Notes under the pieces: model-generated
Seen by the model: only the letters and a program-made list of their open reading frames with translations
Database searches by the model: none
Told to the model about the DNA's origin: nothing
Program-made: the position numbers and the translations under genes
Virus record (IMG/VR): IMGVR_UViG_3300020045_012203
Span: 1 to 58,392 of that record
Direction: 5' to 3' (one strand)
Length of the DNA stretch: 58,392 nt
Source of the DNA: a virus
Lineage: Duplodnaviria; Caudoviricetes
Shown here: positions 17,941 to 26,898 of the stretch, in pieces
Layout: every line of letters begins with the position of its first letter
Position numbering within the stretch: position 1 is the stretch's first letter

Positions 17941-19193
17941 ATGAACATACTTAGCCTATTCGATGGAATGGGGTGTGGTGCTATTGCTTTGCGTGAATTA
18001 AACGACAAGGTTGATAAATACTATGCCTCTGAAATTGATAAATATGCAATCGGTCAAACAAAATTAAACTTTCCTGATGTCATTCATTTAGGGTCGGTTG
18101 TCGATGTCGATGTTTCACAATTAGAGCCTATCCAATTACTGCTTGGTGGCTCACCTTGTCAATCGTTCAGCTTTGCCGGAAAGAGAAAGGGAATGTCAAC
18201 AAAATGCGAAATACAGATTACTAAACTTCATCAATACTTGGAACTGAAAGAACAAGGTTTTGAGTTTGAAGGACAATCGTATTTATTTTGGGAATACATG
18301 AGGATTTTAACTGACATTAGAAAGTAAACCCTGATGTAAAATTCTTGCTTGAAAACGTTGAAATGGGTGCTAAATGGGAACGTATCTTATCCGAAGCAAT
18401 TGGAGTTTTCGGAGTACATATCAATTCTGCTTTAGTTTCAGCTCAGAACCGGAAAAGGATTTATTGGACAAATATCAGGACTAAACAAGTAGGTTTATTC
18501 GGTGAACTTCATTCTGATATTCCACAACCAAAAGACCGGGAAATCTTACTTAAAGATATTTTAGAAAGTGAAGTTGATGAAAAGTATTATTTGAGCAACA
18601 TAGCCTTAGATTATATTGAAAGAGGAAAAGAAAGAGGCCGGGACCGAATTTCAATTAATGATGGTTCAGATAAAACTACTTGTCTTACTCAAAATTATCA
18701 CAAAGGAGTTCACAACCAGGGAGAAACTTATGTATGTGTTGCTAAAGACAATTTGGTAATGCAAATCAATCCCTCACTTGAAAGTGGAGGAAAACAGCCA
18801 TACCAACACAATCGAATTTACGACACGGAAGGTATTTCACCATGCCTGAATACAGATGCAAGACCTCCGGCAATACTTACTGAAAACTATCTTCAATTAA
18901 AAGGAAATGGCTTTGATTCAGATAATAGATTCTTTTACGAAGATGGAAAACATGGGTCAGTATTAACTAGGGGTGAAGATAAAACAGGAGTTGTTTTAGG
19001 TAGTAAAATTCGCAGACTAACCCCGACTGAATGTGCAAGACTTCAAACTATTCCTGATTGGTATGTCTGGATTTGTAGCGATACACAGCAATACAGAATG
19101 TTAGGAAACGGATGGACCGTTGAAGTCATAAAACACATCTTATCATTTGGAAACTTTAAATCAATAAACCAATATGAACAAACCAAACACTAA
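17941..19193 (+). pseudogene. C5-cytosine DNA methyltransferase split by a 1-nt frameshift near 18325
   Basis: LSLFDG and GSPCQSFS in the first ORF; LLENV, AQNRKRIYW, RRLTPTECARLQ and LGNGW in the second. Confidence 0.85.
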
Positions 19194-19482
19194 ATTTTGG
19201 ATCGGCTATTACTTTGGCCTTGACTGCATAATTCACCCTGATTCCGGAAGATGGATTTTAGCCGGATTTTTCGACGATCAAGTATGTTGCAGAAGACATA
19301 TCGGAACTCCCGAAGAGGATTGTATGAATTATCCTGTTTCAGAAGTTTCTTTCATCCTAAAAAAGATCAATCCTTTCCTCTTTGCCTCTGTAAGCAATTT
19401 ACATGCTTTCATTAAAACCAAAGCCTTATATGGTTATTGGATGAATTTTGATAAATCAATCAATGTAATTTTCGAAGGATGA
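19174..19482 (+). CDS. Hypothetical protein
   Basis: Overlapping operon packing. Confidence 0.55.
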   Translation: MNKPNTKFWIGYYFGLDCIIHPDSGRWILAGFFDDQVCCRRHIGTPEEDCMNYPVSEVSFILKKINPFLFASVSNLHAFIKTKALYGYWMNFDKSINVIFEG

Positions 19483-19901
19483 AAATAATAGTAGAATTTG
19501 ACTTTAAGAAGCCACTGAACGAACATATTTCTGATGAGTTTATTTTCGGGGAAGTACTTCAGTCAATCCCGTTAAGAGGCGTTAAAATGAAGATAATAAA
19601 CCGAATTTATGATGGTGAATTTACATTTGATTCGCTTGAAAAATCAGTTTGCGAATATCTTGATTTCAAACCGGAAGAACTTCAAAGCAGAACCAGAAAA
19701 AGAGAAGTTGTTGAAGGCAGGCAAATACTTCACTACATCGCTAAAAATAGAAAGATGGGAACTCTTTCGGTTATTGGCTATCGGTATGGGAAAAAAGATC
19801 ATGCAACCGTCATGCACTCAAACAGAATAATTACAACACTGCTTCAAACAGATAAGGATTTCAAAAATCAATACCAAACCTTCATTGAATCATTTTTTTA
19901 G
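19479..19901 (+). CDS. Protein with DnaA C-terminal (domain IV) HTH
   Basis: LQSRTRKREVVEGRQILHY...SVIGYRYGKKDHATVMHS. Confidence 0.8.
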   Translation: MKIIVEFDFKKPLNEHISDEFIFGEVLQSIPLRGVKMKIINRIYDGEFTFDSLEKSVCEYLDFKPEELQSRTRKREVVEGRQILHYIAKNRKMGTLSVIGYRYGKKDHATVMHSNRIITTLLQTDKDFKNQYQTFIESFF

Positions 19902-19903
19902 CC

Positions 19904-20542
19904 ATGATGATACCAAAAACATCCAAACAACCAAAGCCTAAACTTTGCCAACGAACTAAAGGTTGTGGGAATTTAAGAATGAAACAACCGGGCAATTCAA
20001 CTCTTTATTTTAAGGGCTGTATTGATTGTGAGATTGAGGCTAATTTAAGCAAGCATAGGCAAGAAGTGGCACAAGATAAGACAGAACTCGAAAAAGTCCG
20101 TCAGATCAAGAAAAACACCCCACAGGAGAAGTTTTATCAACTCACAGCATGGAAGAATTGCAGTAAGGCGGTATTACTTCATTATGCCGACGATGATTTG
20201 ATGGTAGTCTGTTCCACTTCCGGAAGAGCGTATGAGGTCAATAGTGCTGATTTACATTGTGGTCACTACTACAAATCTAACGAACACAAAGCAACAGCCT
20301 TTGAATTTAAGAACCTTGCTCCACAATCGGCAAGCGATAACACTAAAAAAGGTGGATTACCTGAAGTTATGGCTGAATGGATTGAACGAACTCACGGACC
20401 AGGTACTTTAGAATGGCTAGACCGGAAGAAAAATGAAACACTTCACTTGGATAAAATCACACTTGAACAGATTTCAAAGTTTTATCTGAATATGCTGAAC
20501 GAAGAATTGAAACGAAGAAATATTAAAAACCCTTGGAAATGA
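19904..20542 (+). CDS. NinG/Rap-like recombination endonuclease
   Basis: VCSTSG..HCGHY..TAFEFKNLAPQ..DN..GG...GPGTLEWL pattern. Confidence 0.7.
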   Translation: MMIPKTSKQPKPKLCQRTKGCGNLRMKQPGNSTLYFKGCIDCEIEANLSKHRQEVAQDKTELEKVRQIKKNTPQEKFYQLTAWKNCSKAVLLHYADDDLMVVCSTSGRAYEVNSADLHCGHYYKSNEHKATAFEFKNLAPQSASDNTKKGGLPEVMAEWIERTHGPGTLEWLDRKKNETLHLDKITLEQISKFYLNMLNEELKRRNIKNPWK

Positions 20543-20805
20543 CCAAAGTTTATATAATTGGTGCCAAACATACCGATATTGAAAATATTAGGATAATGGC
20601 AAATGTTCCAGAAAGTACTGAGATTATCTTAATTGATAAGATGAGTGATCTTCCAGATGGAATAACCGAAGTTTTCAGCGCACATAAAAGGGATATTCCA
20701 CAAATTCAAGAGGCTTATCCAATTGTAAATATTCCAATATTCGAGCCTCAGTTTTTTCCTGAAAAACGGAAGTCATACGAACGACCTTATAAATTTCACA
20801 GATGA
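20533..20805 (+). CDS. Hypothetical protein
   Basis: Operon packing. Confidence 0.5.
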   Translation: MEMTKVYIIGAKHTDIENIRIMANVPESTEIILIDKMSDLPDGITEVFSAHKRDIPQIQEAYPIVNIPIFEPQFFPEKRKSYERPYKFHR

Positions 20806-21077
20806 AAAAAGTAACTCCATTCTCAAACGCATCTGAAGCCTGTTCGTGGCTTGATCAGAATTGCGATGTATGTAAACGGTGGCAATGTTCTGCAAAAGTA
20901 GCTATTCAAAAAGGCCTCATTTCGGGCGAAATAACCGAACGTATGGCAAGTTTTATCGGATACACCTACCATGCCAATAAATTTGAATCACTCTATCCTA
21001 AATGTGGTCATTTTACAACTGTTCCTGTATTGAGGAAGAAAAAGAAATGTGAAAATAACGACCTAATTCTATTCTGA
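20802..21077 (+). CDS. Cys-rich hypothetical protein
   Basis: PFSNASE..W...NCDVC; operon packing. Confidence 0.55.
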   Translation: MKKVTPFSNASEACSWLDQNCDVCKRWQCSAKVAIQKGLISGEITERMASFIGYTYHANKFESLYPKCGHFTTVPVLRKKKKCENNDLILF

Positions 21078-21079
21078 TT

Positions 21080-21739
21080 ATGGCAAAGGATAAAAAATCT
21101 GTTCTGGTTTATGTCGATTGGATAACAACTTTTGAAGAATTAGAGGATGATGAAGCCGGAAGATTGATTAAACATTTCTTTCGATACGTCAACGATCTCA
21201 ATCCTGAACCACCAGACCGATTGACAAAATTAGTGTTTGAAAACATTAAGGCTCAACTAAAAAGAGATTTAAAAGCGTACGAGCAAACTTGTAATAAAAA
21301 CAAGGAAAATGCAGAAAAAAGATGGCAACAAAAAAATGCGACCGCATACGATGGCATAAAGTCGCATCAAAAAAATGCCGATACAGATAATGATACAGAT
21401 AATGATACAGATATAGAGTTATCTAAAGATAACAGTAAAGAATCTTTATTACCCAAATATCAGTCTGATTTTTTTGATTCCTTAATTCCCCTTGTTGATG
21501 AGTTTGGAAAAGAAACATGCCGCGATTTTTACGACTACTGGACTGAGCCAAATAAATCAAAAACAAAAATCAGATGGCAGCTTGAAAAAACATGGGATTT
21601 AAGAAAAAGAATTACAAGGTGGTCAAATAACAATTTTAAAAAATCAAATGGAGGAAAACAACAAGAACGATCAGTTAGTGAAAGGTCAGTGGAACTTGAC
21701 GGAATTGTTTCGGCAGTCTTTGCATCGAAAAGAATGTGA
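21080..21739 (+). CDS. Replication initiator (DUF6291-like, lambda O-like organisation)
   Basis: KKSVLVYVDW..L.D.EAGRL N-terminus; DTDNDTDN linker; FYDYWTE..W..EKTW..RW C-terminus. Confidence 0.75.
   Translation: MAKDKKSVLVYVDWITTFEELEDDEAGRLIKHFFRYVNDLNPEPPDRLTKLVFENIKAQLKRDLKAYEQTCNKNKENAEKRWQQKNATAYDGIKSHQKNADTDNDTDNDTDIELSKDNSKESLLPKYQSDFFDSLIPLVDEFGKETCRDFYDYWTEPNKSKTKIRWQLEKTWDLRKRITRWSNNNFKKSNGGKQQERSVSERSVELDGIVSAVFASKRM
21380..21413 (+). repeat. 12-bp tandem repeat GATACAGATAAT x~2.8; probable origin region
   Basis: Direct repeats in the initiator linker. Confidence 0.55.
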
Positions 21740-22097
21740 AAATATTTCTGAAATTTCTATCTACAAAGGACAGATAGCCGAAGAATCAACCATAAAATCA
21801 GAAGTGATGAAATTAGTTGCAGCCTTCCCGAACATTAAAAATGATTTTATAATTGTTTTGATCGAAAGGCTCATCGAAAATGGATTCACAAAAGAAAGGG
21901 TTCACGATGCAATTTCAAAAACAATTGACACCAACCCATATCAACGACCATCAATAGCTGATATTATTTCTTTTGACCGTAAAATTAAAACTTACAGCTA
22001 TTCTGATATATCAGCAAAGTGCTATCCTGGATATTCTGCTTTTGATCATTTTGATAAAATTGAAATTGAAGGCCGAAAACGATACATTGAGAAATAA
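21648..22097 (+). CDS. Replication accessory protein (helicase-loader position)
   Basis: Overlaps the initiator; PSIADII motif. Confidence 0.5.
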   Translation: MEENNKNDQLVKGQWNLTELFRQSLHRKECENISEISIYKGQIAEESTIKSEVMKLVAAFPNIKNDFIIVLIERLIENGFTKERVHDAISKTIDTNPYQRPSIADIISFDRKIKTYSYSDISAKCYPGYSAFDHFDKIEIEGRKRYIEK

Positions 22098-22116
22098 ACG
22101 CTCCAAGTAAGAGAAC

Positions 22117-22686
22117 TTGATTATGAACCAAGAAATAAACAACTACATATCAGTACGCTACGAACGATGGCTTGATTATTCAAAATACAATTGCACGAAA
22201 AAGGGCATTGATGGAGAGTCAATAGATATTCTTGACGAAGTTATTATTTCACTTCTAAGCAAGGATGAATCTAATCTGCTTAGGATGCTCCGGACTCCAT
22301 CAAAATGTGGAAGGTTTATGGAGCTTGATATTTTCGTGCTCAGAATGATCAGGCTGAATATATACTCGCCAACGTCACCCTATCAAAGCAAGTACAAGCC
22401 AATTCCAAGGGCAAACAAAGACCTAAGGAGGCTTAACATTGCAGATGTGGAACAAGATCAGTCGGACAGGACAGAAACGATCTTAGAACAGTTTAAGCTA
22501 GTGCGAAAAACACTTGACGAATTAAATATATCATCAAACGCCCGCGCAATATTCGATTTTAAATTCACAAACGGACTTTCATTTAACGAATGGCCCGGAC
22601 ATGAAGATATAAAAAAACTCTATGCAACTTATAAAAAAGTTGAAAACTTAATAAAGGATAAAATAGCAGGGAAGACAATATTTTAA
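22117..22686 (+). CDS. Sigma-factor-like transcription regulator
   Basis: Region-2-like DILDEV..L and C-terminal region-4-like L...R.IF..KF; at the end of the replication module. Confidence 0.45.
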   Translation: MIMNQEINNYISVRYERWLDYSKYNCTKKGIDGESIDILDEVIISLLSKDESNLLRMLRTPSKCGRFMELDIFVLRMIRLNIYSPTSPYQSKYKPIPRANKDLRRLNIADVEQDQSDRTETILEQFKLVRKTLDELNISSNARAIFDFKFTNGLSFNEWPGHEDIKKLYATYKKVENLIKDKIAGKTIF

Positions 22687-22694
22687 CACAACAT

Positions 22695-22712
22695 TGAACC
22701 TATTTGAAACTT
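22695..22712 (+). repeat. Left boundary motif (copy 2)
   Basis: Identical to 11082-11099. Confidence 0.85.
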
Positions 22713-22731
22713 ACATCATAATAAAACAACT

Positions 22732-22950
22732 ATGAAATTTATTAAAGATTTATCAGTAAAAGTAACCTACACCGTAGGACTTGGGAACCTAGAAGTTTCC
22801 GAAAAGGTATTTAAAGAGTTAAATAAAATTGAGAAAAACGGAAGTATTGATGGAACAGGAATGGATTACCCAGAGGCAGTGGAATGGCTGCGTAATAACA
22901 TTAGAGAACGTGACTGTCACGACATTGAGTACACAGTTGAATTAATTTAG
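22732..22950 (+). CDS. Hypothetical protein
   Basis: ORF with an A-rich leader. Confidence 0.6.
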   Translation: MKFIKDLSVKVTYTVGLGNLEVSEKVFKELNKIEKNGSIDGTGMDYPEAVEWLRNNIRERDCHDIEYTVELI

Positions 22951-22996
22951 TTCAATTAACTGAAATTGATCTGTTTTAACCTTCAGACATGATTTT

Positions 22997-23308
22997 ATGC
23001 AAGATATAAGCTTAGATGAAATTTCAAAAAGAGTGACCGATGCGATATTATCACAACCATACATCAATCGGGAAAAACTACAATCCTTAATCAGACCAAT
23101 TTTAAAGGTTTGGCTGAAAAGTACTGATGAATTTAAAAGCCAAAAGGCTAATAAAACAAAGCTTCAGTTTACTATTGAAAATCGGGAAGTGCAACAAAAG
23201 TTTTGGCTTTCAAAGGTTCGTGAATTGGTTGGAAATGAGAATATGCAACCGTTTTACGATGAACTTGATTACATACTTACAGAACAGGGTTATAAATCTA
23301 AAAATTAA
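22997..23308 (+). CDS. Hypothetical protein
   Basis: ORF. Confidence 0.6.
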   Translation: MQDISLDEISKRVTDAILSQPYINREKLQSLIRPILKVWLKSTDEFKSQKANKTKLQFTIENREVQQKFWLSKVRELVGNENMQPFYDELDYILTEQGYKSKN

Positions 23309-23312
23309 CGCA

Positions 23313-23621
23313 ATGGACGAAAAACAACAAGCAAGAGAATTGCACGCAATTAGCCAGCAGCATGGCATTGGAAGTGGAATGAAAGACCTTTTTAATAAAA
23401 CACCATTCTTACTAAATGATATTGAAGAAGAAAAAAACGATACTGATTTTTGGGTAGAATGCAATGTTTGTAAGCAACATCTAAAAAACTGGGTAGGATC
23501 AACTCCTTGCTGTGGATCAATAGCATTCATCGTTGAAAACGGAAAGATGACTAATAAATTATCTCTGTTTGCATCAATAAATGGAGGTGAAATAAATCCT
23601 TCAATTTTGGAAATAACTTAA
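23313..23621 (+). CDS. Hypothetical Cys-containing protein
   Basis: Likely start ATG 23313 (MDEKQQ); CxxC...PCCG. Confidence 0.55.
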   Translation: MDEKQQARELHAISQQHGIGSGMKDLFNKTPFLLNDIEEEKNDTDFWVECNVCKQHLKNWVGSTPCCGSIAFIVENGKMTNKLSLFASINGGEINPSILEIT

Positions 23622-23628
23622 ATCCTTT

Positions 23629-23647
23629 GGTTCAACTATAGGAATTT
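23629..23647 (+). repeat. Right boundary motif (copy 2)
   Basis: Identical to 12112-12130. Confidence 0.85.
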
Positions 23648-23662
23648 TAACAATAAAAAATT

Positions 23663-23758
23663 ATGAAAGCACAAAAATGCCCTTGCTGTGGATATTTAGA
23701 TATTATCGTCGATGGGGCTTGTCTAAATCAATGTCCACAATCTGAACTAAAAAGATAA
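23663..23758 (+). CDS. 31-aa Cys-rich peptide
   Basis: MKAQKCPCCGYLDIIVDGACLNQCPQSELKR*; its stop overlaps TAAC of the first attC-like site. Confidence 0.4.
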   Translation: MKAQKCPCCGYLDIIVDGACLNQCPQSELKR

Positions 23759-23882
23759 CGGTTGGTGGTATGAAATCGAAGCGGATTGCGAGGACTGAAC
23801 TATCAAGTTACAAAATACTTGGCACGTGGCAGACCGCTTCGAGAACCACTAAGACCGCTTTGTTTTATACCACGTGTTAGTG
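23753..23882. repeat. attC-like site 1
   Basis: TAAC 23756; GTGGTATGAAATCGAAGCGG / CCGCTTTGTTTTATACCAC; GTTAGTG 23876. Confidence 0.75.
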
Positions 23883-23922
23883 CCTGTACATTTTGATTAT
23901 CAACAATTTAAAAATTATAACA

Positions 23923-24285
23923 ATGGGAATGGATTTAACTTTACTACCGGCTTACAGTCAAAGAGCTGATTTTTCACATGATTTGTTAGACTTTCATCGT
24001 GATTACGAATTATTTGACAAGATTAACAAAAAATCAAAACAATTTGGAATACAAGTAAAAGAAGGTGGTATTCATAGTTTTTATTCGAGAAATGATGACT
24101 ATGAAGAACCCCATTACGGAAGCACCGAAGATGACCCTTATGGTGATAAATTGAAATATATAACCGCTAATCATTTGAAAGATGCCGTTAAAGACTTCAA
24201 AACCGATTCATGGAAAAACAAAGCAATAATTGCCTTTATAAACGAACTTCCTGATGATTTGCAGGTGTATTTGTATTGGCACTAA
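23923..24285 (+). CDS. Cassette 1 hypothetical protein
   Basis: MGMDLTLL...VYLYWH; stop lies within GCACTAAC. Confidence 0.7.
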   Translation: MGMDLTLLPAYSQRADFSHDLLDFHRDYELFDKINKKSKQFGIQVKEGGIHSFYSRNDDYEEPHYGSTEDDPYGDKLKYITANHLKDAVKDFKTDSWKNKAIIAFINELPDDLQVYLYWH

Positions 24286-24409
24286 CGGTGCGGTATTGTA
24301 GCAGGGCGGGATTTTACCCGAAAGCCTACTAAGTACCTACCATTTTCAAAACTCTAATTTCCTGTCCGGTACGCATAATACCCGACTTGACTACAATACT
24401 AAGTTATTA
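24280..24409. repeat. attC-like site 2
   Basis: TAAC 24283; GGTATTGTAG-CAGG / CTTG-A-CTACAATACT; GTTATTA 24403. Confidence 0.75.
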
Positions 24410-24453
24410 CCAGTGCTTTATTATTCAAATTACAAATATTTAAACTCATAAAA

Positions 24454-24834
24454 ATGCAACAAGCTATTATTTTAATCGGGTTATTTCTCTGTCATTGGCT
24501 TGCAGATTATACCCATTTGTCGATGCCGCACATGCTTGCAGCAAAAAGATTAGGAACACCATTATTTCCAATTTTGCAACATGCCGCTATCCATGCCCTG
24601 ATAATGACAATCTTTTTATTTTTCATTATTGGACTGCCCCAATTGTTGGTAATTAAATTAACAGCGGTTCAATTAATTACACACTTTTTAATTGATCTAT
24701 GGAAAGGTCGAATGAACGGATGGTTTCCTTTAATTCAAAGTCCGTCCAATAAATTTCATTGGTACGTTTTCGGATTCGATCAATATTTACACACGCTTGT
24801 AATTATTGCTATGTCGATGCTTGCAACATCTTAG
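24454..24834 (+). CDS. Cassette 2: DUF3307-like membrane protein
   Basis: HWLADY, HAAIH, THFLID..K and GFDQYLH motifs. Confidence 0.8.
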   Translation: MQQAIILIGLFLCHWLADYTHLSMPHMLAAKRLGTPLFPILQHAAIHALIMTIFLFFIIGLPQLLVIKLTAVQLITHFLIDLWKGRMNGWFPLIQSPSNKFHWYVFGFDQYLHTLVIIAMSMLATS

Positions 24835-24840
24835 CATTGG

Positions 24841-24973
24841 TAATAACGTTACGGCAAATACACGCAGGTGGGGTTAGTAGCACAGCTTTAAGAGAACCGA
24901 AACATAAAGTAAATGTGCATTGCCTATGTTCATATCGGTTACGCCCCACTTGCCGGGTATTTGTTTGTTAGCA
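24841..24973. repeat. attC-like site 3
   Basis: TAAC 24844; GCAAATAC..CAGGTGGGG / CCCCACTTG..GTATTTGT; GTTAGCA 24967. Confidence 0.75.
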
Positions 24974-25032
24974 ACTCGGCTTTATTTTACTTTAAGCGTC
25001 AAAACTAAAATAACAGAAATCATATTTTACTT

Positions 25033-25218
25033 ATGAATGAGATAAGAACTTTTATAGACATCGCTCCAAAAAAAGAATTAAATGTTTGCGGAAATTGCAA
25101 GCATTGGATTTGTTGGGGAGTTTCTACCGGTGTTTGCATGAATAGAAAAACTTGCACCCCGGATAAAATGAATTACCAAACCTGTAAAAAATTTGAACGA
25201 AATGAAACAAGAACTTAA
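25033..25218 (+). CDS. Cassette 3 gene A: small Cys-rich protein
   Basis: CGNCKHW..GVC..TCKKF. Confidence 0.6.
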   Translation: MNEIRTFIDIAPKKELNVCGNCKHWICWGVSTGVCMNRKTCTPDKMNYQTCKKFERNETRT

Positions 25219-25585
25219 ATTTAAAGCTGTTAGCAAAAAACTAAACAGAACTTTTGAACATGATAAAATCGACTTTTGGGGTGATCCTTTATGTGCAAGA
25301 GTTGGGGCAAGACCTTCATGCCCTGAATATGATACTAATGCTGAACTATTCCAGTTTGTGATAAAAGACAGAAACGGAAACAGGATTTATGCAAACATTG
25401 ATCATTTCATTTTCAACTATTGGGACGGAATAAAACATATCTCTTTAGTTGGTCATTTTGAATGGAATCAAGACGAATTAAGATATGAGGTCAAAGTCCA
25501 CAATAAAAATATAAGTCTGATGTATCTAACAGCAACAATGAAAGATTTTGAACTGATCAACAATGCGCCTCAAGCTGGTTGCTAA
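25202..25585 (+). CDS. Cassette 3 gene B: divergent YopX-like protein
   Basis: ELKFKA...LFQF..KDRNGNRIY; stop lies within TTGCTAAC. Confidence 0.55.
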   Translation: MKQELKFKAVSKKLNRTFEHDKIDFWGDPLCARVGARPSCPEYDTNAELFQFVIKDRNGNRIYANIDHFIFNYWDGIKHISLVGHFEWNQDELRYEVKVHNKNISLMYLTATMKDFELINNAPQAGC

Positions 25586-25709
25586 CGGCATAAATAACGG
25601 CAGGGGCGGATAAATAACGGTGTCTAATCCTGTCAGCGAAAATATTACAAGTACGGAAAGCCTTTGCACACGCAGGGTTGCCGCACTTGACCGTTATTGT
25701 AAGTTATTT
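25580..25709. repeat. attC-like site 4
   Basis: TAAC 25583; AATAACGG-CAGG / CTTG-A-CCGTTATT; GTTATTT 25703. Confidence 0.75.
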
Positions 25710-25743
25710 TTAGGATTTAATTAATCAATTTAAAATCAAATAC

Positions 25744-26148
25744 ATGTCAAATTTTAACGAATTTTCAAAAGAAGTTTTCGAAGCCAACAAACTAAAAGGC
25801 TTTGATGTAAGCAAAAACAACATTGGACAAACACTAATGTTAGTAGTTTCTGAATTGGCTGAAGCTCTTGAGGCTGATAGAAAGGACAAAAGAGCGAAAG
25901 AAAAAGGATTGAAATTTCTTGAAGAAAAAGAAAAAGACGAATGGGATCGTGATTTTAATGAAACACCAGAGCATTTTAAAAAAATGTTTGAATTGTACAT
26001 TAAAGACTCTTTCGAGGATGAAATTGCTGATTCATTCATTCGTCTGTTCGATTTAGTCGGAGGTCTAGAAATTGATATTGATTTTCATATCGCTCAAAAA
26101 AGGCGATATAATTCTCTCAGGCCACACATGCACGGCAAAGCGTATTAA
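25744..26148 (+). CDS. Cassette 4: MazG-like NTP pyrophosphohydrolase
   Basis: LMLVVSELAEALEADR...EDEIADSFIRLFDL...K..YN..R..HGKAY. Confidence 0.85.
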   Translation: MSNFNEFSKEVFEANKLKGFDVSKNNIGQTLMLVVSELAEALEADRKDKRAKEKGLKFLEEKEKDEWDRDFNETPEHFKKMFELYIKDSFEDEIADSFIRLFDLVGGLEIDIDFHIAQKRRYNSLRPHMHGKAY

Positions 26149-26154
26149 GCTTGA

Positions 26155-26283
26155 AAATAACGCTGATGTATAGCGGCAGAGACGGATTCGGAGCGAAAGC
26201 CTGTCGAACCGAAATGAAGCCGATGCGAGAGTTGCAGCCAGAACACCGATACAGCCGGATTTGACCGCTATACAAAGTTGTAA
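26155..26283. repeat. attC-like site 5
   Basis: TAAC 26158; TGTATAGCGG-CAGA / TTTG-A-CCGCTATACA; GTTGTAA 26277. Confidence 0.75.
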
Positions 26284-26291
26284 CCTAGTGC

Positions 26292-26321
26292 TTATTCATA
26301 GTCAAATTATTCATAGTCAAA
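26292..26321 (+). repeat. 15-bp tandem duplication TTATTCATAGTCAAA x2
   Basis: Read directly from sequence. Confidence 0.8.
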
Positions 26322-26349
26322 TATTTATAAATCTTAAAAATTAAACAAA

Positions 26350-26850
26350 ATGAAAGTATTTATCGCAACAGTTTTAACAATATTGGCTTTGTCAATATTT
26401 GGAGTCGTAATTGTAAAAAGTATTTCAATGAAACAAAATTGCACTGGCTATTTAAAAAGAGCGGCAGATGCAAACACTGTTGAAACTGCAAAAGAGCAGT
26501 TAGAAAAATCAATTTCGTATTTAGAAGCAAACGGACTAACTACCGGATACACTTCTGTTTTATGGAGAACCCCCGATGAAGACATTGAGTTTTGGTTTAA
26601 AAACCTAAAAGCAAGCCAAAACGAATTATCGAAAGTTGATAGTACAACATCTTCTTTGGAAAAATCCAATCTTTTAATGAAGCTGCGGGAAACTCTTATT
26701 GATAATGGAGAAAAAGGAGATAACCTAACTGTTCCTAAAGGTCTGTCAAGATACCCAAATAACACGCTTTTCGGAATACTCATGTGGATTGGTGGTTTTA
26801 TCATTGTCGGTCTATTTGTCTGGGCTGGTGTCGAATTTGGCGACTATTAG
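26350..26850 (+). CDS. Cassette 5: two-TM membrane protein
   Basis: N- and C-terminal hydrophobic helices around a soluble domain. Confidence 0.7.
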   Translation: MKVFIATVLTILALSIFGVVIVKSISMKQNCTGYLKRAADANTVETAKEQLEKSISYLEANGLTTGYTSVLWRTPDEDIEFWFKNLKASQNELSKVDSTTSSLEKSNLLMKLRETLIDNGEKGDNLTVPKGLSRYPNNTLFGILMWIGGFIIVGLFVWAGVEFGDY

Positions 26851-26898
26851 CATTGGTTACAACTTGTAAATACCCGCAGTTAATTACTCAAAACACCA

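Larger units (their letters stand above)
23753..26863. mobile_element. Integron-like gene-cassette array (5 cassettes, 5 full attC-like sites, 1 terminal half-site); no integrase in window
   Basis: Each gene block is bounded by its own complementary GTT.../...AAC ends; blocks are separated by ~130-bp imperfect hairpins. Confidence 0.8.

Noticed and set aside
23753-26863. CRISPR array or IS/MITE copies
   Set aside because: The elements are ~130 bp, divergent in sequence and separated by whole genes. No cas or transposase gene and no target-site duplications were seen.
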